From the NCBI GenBank assembly GCA_963676915.2, contig CAXXVK010000048.1:1-39217 (forward strand): a stretch of DNA of 39,217 bases, given 5' to 3'. The stretch comes from Myxococcota bacterium (GTDB taxonomy: Bacteria; Myxococcota_A; SURF-8; G963663525). This document shows positions 33,001 through 39,217 of the stretch, in pieces. Position 1 is the stretch's first letter; each line of letters opens with the position of its first letter. The position numbers were made by a program, and so were the translations under genes. The notes beneath the pieces are model-generated. The model worked only from the letters and a program-made list of their open reading frames with translations. It searched no databases and was not told the origin of the DNA.

Positions 33001-36000
33001 GCGTCCCAGACCTCGAACGCCGGGTTGGCCACGAGGTTCTCGCTGTTGCCCCTCAATATCGTACGTTGCTGCAAACGCGGTGTACTCGGAAGACCGGGAA
33101 TCCGGTTCCTGCACCGTGAAGCTGAACGTATCGAGCCGCGTTTTCAAAGAGCTGGGAGCGGGATCGATATCGATATCCGCATCCGTCAGCTTCTGCGGCG
33201 GCACCTTGTCCCAGGCCAGCACTTCGTCCACAAGGCTGCGACCGTACAGCGGCGTCACCGTGAAGTTGTCGAAACGACTCGACGTCGCCAAGGTTGTTCC
33301 GTCGGAGAACAGGCCAGGTTGTCCGTCTACCGGGTCCGTCGATCCACTAAAGACGTGATCGACGACCTTGATGTCGTTGACATAACCCGTCACATGGCGT
33401 CCTCGGACCTGAACCTTGAGATGATACCAGACACCGATTTCAAGCATTCCGCTATCGAACTCGTATCCGGCCACTTCGTCGCCGTTGTCCATCGAGGCAC
33501 CGTTGAACAGATACGCCTTATGATGGTAGGCGTTGACGCCGAAGCTGTAGTGCTGATTGTATCCCTTGTAGTTGAACACCAGACCCGCCGACACGTCGGA
33601 AGAGGTCATGATCTGAACGTCCGCCTCTGCGAGGTAGGCGTTCATTTTCTCTCCGGCGTCGCCGTCGAAGTCTTTGTTCAGCAGGATCGTCTCGCCTTCA
33701 TTGCCACCGACGAGATACCCGTCTGTCGCTTTGACCAGCCATCCTGCGTTGGGATCGCCACCGCTAACCCGTGTTCCGAGTTCGTAATGCTCGGCGTCAT
33801 CCGTATCGGGAGCGAAATCGGCGGAAAGCGTGGTGTTGTAGAAATCGTCGCTCCATCCACCGCTGGGACAGAACTCGTCTTCCGCGCCGTCACCGTCGGT
33901 ATCGCAACTATAATAGGTAGCGAAACTGTCGGTGTGGTCGGAGTACAGGTTGTCGTCCCAGGGATCCTGGTGAAGCTTGAGATCGCCGCGCTTGGCCAGC
34001 AGAATCGAATCCAGCTTGGGAAGATCGACCGCGGAAATGCGGATCGTGTGTTCCTGGCCACCGTCGAGCACGGCCGATGTACTGGCCGGTCGTCCAGGTC
34101 CATTCGTTGGTCAAATAGAATACGTTGGTCGAACCGCCATCGAGCGCGTAGCCCAATGCCTGATCCGCACTGGCGGAAGACTGACCCTGCGCGTACAGGA
34201 AGTACGCTCCGGTCTCTTCCACATAGAACGTGGATTCCAGATATCCGCCACTGGAGAATTCGGTGTACAGACCACCGGAAGCGGTACCGGAACTACGCTC
34301 GGTTACGCCGGATTGCTCGGCGAAGTCCTCGGCTTCGGTATGGATCGAACCGGGGTCGAAGGAAATGGAAAGATAGGTATCCGAGTACAGATTGAAAGCT
34401 TCCGAAGCCGTCGGTCGAGACCGGGACTTGGTGGTCACCTGAGCGATGTCGGAGAAGTCGGACTCTTTGATTTGCCCGCTGCTGTAATCACCCCACCGGC
34501 TCTTGGTCACGAAGTCGAAGGTCGTGCGGTCGGGCAGATTTCCGATCACCACGCCGTCCGCTCCGCCCCACTGCTCGTAGGTTTTCCAGATCGGCTCGTC
34601 GGAGGTCATCTCCAAGGTGACATAATTAAGGTACTTGTACCCGCTTCCAGTATCCCAGGCAATGGCGTACTGTGCCACGTCGGTGTTGTCGCCGGTGTTG
34701 ATCACCAGCTTGGCCTCTCCCGCTTCGCTCAACAAGGGAGCGGTATCCATCGGGGTGACCGTCGGCGAGGGCGGCGTACCGAGTTTGTGCACGCGAATCG
34801 CACCCTTGGCCAGCGTCGCATCGTAGGGAGAATACGACGACGGGTTGTTCAGGTTGTCATATGCCTGCACCCAAACGTACCAAACACCACTGCTAAGAGC
34901 ATACGCTTCGGGAATCGTGAAGGAGTTGGTCGAGGTGAACTGGAGGTCTCCAGCACCCACGGGGCTGTTGTTGTATCCCACACTGGACCAAGAACACCTT
35001 GTATCGTTTGTTGTCCACATCCCGCATACCGGAGTTTTCCCACCTTGTCGAGACCCGTAGGACGATCGCCCGGATTGCTCCAGGTAAACGTCGGGGTGGT
35101 ATCGGTGGTTTGCATCGGATTGGTGGTCACGATAATCGGCAAATCGGTCGCTGTCTGATCGAGTTCCGGTGTAGCCGGGGGATTCGGCGGCAAGGTGTCG
35201 ATCTTGAGAATAAAGATCGAAGCGTTGTCATTGATTCCACCCGCATCCTGGTTCTTGACGCGGATGTAATACACATCCGAACCCAACGTTCCGAGATCGA
35301 TCTGCGGATCGGCACCGACAAGGCCGGTAATCAATCCGCCACCGAGTGCGCTCGTTCCCTGCAGGATCGGGTCGCAGTTGCCGGTCGTATCGTAGCACCA
35401 ATAGTGGACTGCCGGGAGAAGGACCGGTCGTGTTGTCCCAACTGCATTCGACTTTGGTCACGCCGCTCTGGTATTTACCCCAGGTGTTGCTGACAAAGCC
35501 GGTGCAGGCGATCGCCGGTTGCGTCGGCTTGGAGAAATCGATTTTGAAGGTGAAGCGCGCATCGCGGGTCGCCACCGGTATCGCTGGCACGCACGACGAG
35601 ATCCCAGACACCTTCGTGATCGAAGGTCAGATCTTTGTAAGGACGTCCGTCTCCACCGATGCCATCGATATCAGCCCAGGTGCAACCGGATTCGTCGATG
35701 CAATACTGGTACGTCACCGGGCTGGGTCCGCCAACCTGTTCCCACGAACAGCGGGTTGTTACGTCGGCATCCCAGACTTCATGTACGTGATTGGTACAAG
35801 TAATCGTGAACTCTTCGGGCGGCTCGTTGTCGATCCACAACGGGCCGTAATGCATCGGCTCACTTCCAGTTTCCAGCCATATCCTTGGCGAAAACGTGGG
35901 CATACAGACCCAGCGGATCGCCGGAACCGTCCACAGCGTTGCTGGGAACGGCTTTCGAATAGCTGACGATGGCCTGGGTATCGGCCAGTACCGTACCGGA

Positions 36001-39000
36001 AGCCAAACGAGTCGCCGTGTCGGCGGCGTTGTCGAACTCGAAATGGTACTCGGTGATCGGTGCCTCAACATCCGTTCGCGCAGCGGGAACTATAGAGAGG
36101 TTATCCACGTAAATCGATTGACCTGCGCTAAGGTTCTGCGATGCGCCAAGTTTTATGCGATGGCTTTCACTACCGCTGAATGCATCGTAGAAGGCCACCA
36201 TTTTTCCTTTTTGACCGACCGTACAGTTGATCAACACTCGTCCCGAAACATTGACATCGAAACTGAAACCATCGGCCATATGCAGAGTTGCACTTTGCAG
36301 GTCGGCCAGTTGGCCATTGCCTGGGTTGTAAAGCTTGAATTCCCACGGCTTGTCGCTGGTAGAACGAGCAATAGTAATCGAATTCGGCCTTAACGGAAAT
36401 TCCCGTACCATCGAGTGACGGAAGATCCTGGCCCAGTACCTCGTGGATCGTCGTGGCGTCCGAAGCCAACTCGCCGTGCCAGTAGGTTCCGGGAAGATCG
36501 TTGGAAGACGAACTCTCTTCACGATAACCGCACGATCCACTGGTACAATTGGTACTTTCTACCCATTCTCCCTTGATGGGATATTCGAACGTTCCGTTGA
36601 CGATCGCATTTTCCCTGTTGTGAGCAGCGTCAAAAGCGGTTTTGGCGAAGAAATACGTCGTCGCATTCGAGTCGGGACGATTCCACTCCAGCGTTACGCT
36701 GTCCAGGTTCACCCAGTCTTCCGCCACGGGAGGTGGTGGGCTGGTCGGCGGACCGCTAACGAGCGTCGGAGCATTCGGATTCGCCCGGTCTTTGGCCGTA
36801 CCGTCTTCCGCATGATCTTCATCATACAGCTCGCCAACACGGAAATTGTCGAAACGTGCAGGACCACCGTTACAGAAAATCCCGACATATCCCGTTTCGT
36901 AAACCCTTTGAATCAGCTCCACACGCGCCACAAGTACACCGTCCACATAACCCATCGCGTTGTTGCGATGCACGACGAGGCGAAGGTTATGCCATGTGTC
37001 GGGTTTGTAATGATAGGCGTCCGTTCCACGATCCAACCGTTGGTACTGGGGGAAAGTGCCGCTGAACGTAGTAATACCGGCCATCGGCAGATTTTCAGGA
37101 GAAGTCTGCGGCGAAATCTTGAATCTCAGGAAATTGTTGTTTCCATTGCGCAAGAAAACGATACCCAGCGAGTTAACACCCGGGGAACCTAGAACATCCA
37201 CTTCGACAACGTAGTTTTCACCGATATCGGAACCGACTTCGGTTCTCGAAAACAGTTCGTAGGTGGAAGCTGCCGTAGCACTCTGGAGCATCACTCCATT
37301 GGAACGGTTCCACACACCGAACGGCACTTGCCAGCGGGTTGTATCCAGACTGCCGGTACCGTCGAACATGTCGATGTGACCGCCGAGTTGGTATGGACGA
37401 GAAGACCTTCCCGTCGCCTCACTATAAACATGAGCTTCCAGGAGCGAATCCATGAATAGCGGATACTGGTACGCTGCCGTCCCGGAACTCGACAGAACAT
37501 TCAAGTTCCGGCCATCGGCTACGAGAGTTCGGATTGAACCGGCAGCGGGGGTTGTCACTTGAGCCACTGGCTCGTACCCGCTCCATTCGCTCAACATTCC
37601 GGCAGGCCAGTTGCTTGTGTTGACCGCCGTCAGCCGCGTCGAAGAATCTCCCGTACCACCGGTATAGAGAACACCGTTGATCCATTCGATACCCATGGAA
37701 GCCGCTTCCGTACCGAGATCGATGAATCCTCTTTGTTCGATCATATCCGTGTTGGTGAAGAGATATCGGTGAATTTTCCCATCGGCCGCGAGGCAGAAGA
37801 GATATTCCGAATCGGTAGCGATACCACCCGGACAGGCGTAAATCGTTCCCGCTCCGTACAGAAGCATTTCACGATCGTACTGCCAATCCTGACCGTTGTC
37901 GCCGACGATCCAGCGATGGATTTTGGGCGTATCGAGTGAACTGGAGGTATAGAAAACGTTCCGTTTAGGATCGTAGGCGATACCATCGTCCACTTTGTCT
38001 CCACCCACCAGGTCGCCACCGCTCAATGTCGTGACATATCCGAAATCGGCAGCATGCATCTTGATGCTACCACCCGTCGGTACGACGGAGTAGTAGTAAT
38101 CACGGGAGAACCCGGTGTCGATCGCTTTCGCGTATGCCGCGTCACTACCGGCAAAGGGATTGGTCAGCATTCCGGCCTGGCTCTTGAGCGCGTAGGAACC
38201 ATTGAGCTGTCCCCACGCGAAAGATGTCGCCGTACCGTTGACGTTCTGAGTCGTTGTTAAGTCGGTGGTGATCTCTTCTTTCCACGAACGGTCGAGCGTC
38301 ACCGCCACCGGCGTTTGCAAACAAATCGTTGGAGTGGATCACGTCGTGGTTGTCCGTCACGGTGACCCGGATGTAATAGGAAGACAGGTCGTCGAGTTTC
38401 GTCACGTAGAAACCATCGCCGTAAACTTCTTCGGTATCGAAATTGCGGAAACGGTTCCAACCATCGAGAACCTGAAGGTCCGGGCTGCTTCCAAGCGTGT
38501 GATCCTGCTGGATATATCCGAGGAATCCGGCGGGATACGTCGCGGGCGGATCCCACAGTTCGGGGAAGTCGTCAGCCGTGCTGCTGACCGCCAATCGCGT
38601 AACTCATGATGGTTTCGTTTTCACCCGGAGCGATCTTCACCCGAATGTCGCCGCCTTCGCTGTTGAGCGCCGTGGTAGGTTCGGCATAAGCCAGCGGCAT
38701 GTCCAACGGAACCAGTTTGTAAATGTATACATACCCGGACTCGGAGTAATCCGAAGCGTTTCCGGCAGCATCGAACGCTCTCGTGTAGAAGTTCAGCTTC
38801 AAGTGGCTGTTGACTTCGAACACGATCGGAACGGTGAAGCTTGTGGAATCGTCGGCAGTCGTCCGGCAACTGTAGGTCGTTTCGATTTTCTGGTCATATT
38901 GGTCGGACTGCCACCAGCAGACTTCGTAATGATCCACACCGGACAGGTTATCGGCCTGTTGCGTCCAGCTCCACGTCGGCTGCTGATCGGGTGTCAGGTG

Positions 39001-39216
39001 ATTTTCACCGGAAACCGGCGTACCCGGAATCGGCGGAGCCGTCATGTCGAGACCGATGGTGTCGCTGACTTTGCTGGCCAGATGCAATGGGAGGTGAGCG
39101 CTGTTGCCACCGGCGTCACGCAACCAGCAATTGACCTGCTTGTTGGCGCTTTCCGAACTGGACAGTTCCCATTCCTTCGTGGGATCGAGAACACTCCATC
39201 CCAGGCCATCGCCGAT
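15025..39216 (-). CDS. Giant (>8,000 aa, 5'-partial) extracellular Ig/FN3-repeat protein with lectin/CBM-like modules and a C-terminal FGE-sulfatase (C-type lectin fold) domain
   Basis: The frame is open at the window edge (IGDGLGW...CWLRDAGGN). Consecutive minus-strand ORFs join mid-domain after deleting one base at about 21 sites. The C-terminus has FYMGKKEVSNAEY, YPVINVSW, LPTEHMWETAAR, NLTGNVAEWVQDWY, VVRGGSY and TIGFRCA. Confidence 0.8.
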
Positions 39217-39217
39217 G

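Noticed and set aside
15463-37939. Long plus-strand ORFs (e.g. 15463-18759, 1,098 aa; 24210-26174; 28041-29786; 29880-31838)
   Set aside because: Antisense shadows of the GC3-biased giant gene; Arg/Val/Gly-rich with no recognisable motifs.

Overview
GC-rich bacterial chromosomal window; gene content and Cys-rich motifs suggest a deltaproteobacterial or Myxococcota-like host (inference). Left 15 kb: the 3' end of an RND efflux operon (adaptor C-terminus, permease, P-II-like small gene), a FadL/PorV-like outer-membrane barrel, a DUF362 Fe-S protein, a stand-alone cheY-cheZ pair, Rrf2-cysK, a beta-lactamase-fold serine hydrolase and a hybrid REC-histidine kinase. These are followed by a cobalamin riboswitch controlling an 86-aa CbiX-fold-like protein with no evident catalytic His, then a ~190-nt fold-back element and a 21-bp-period palindrome array. 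The intergenic regions hold at least five families of short inverted-repeat (MITE-like) elements, several wrapped around or inserted into GTAG-type REP doublets. Right 24 kb: one minus-strand giant gene (>8,000 aa, 5' end outside the window) built from Ig/FN3-like repeats, lectin/CBM-like modules and a C-terminal FGE-type C-type-lectin-fold domain. The ORF track splits it at about 21 apparent single-base insertions that look like long-read errors. No tRNA, rRNA, CRISPR array, transposase or reverse transcriptase was seen.
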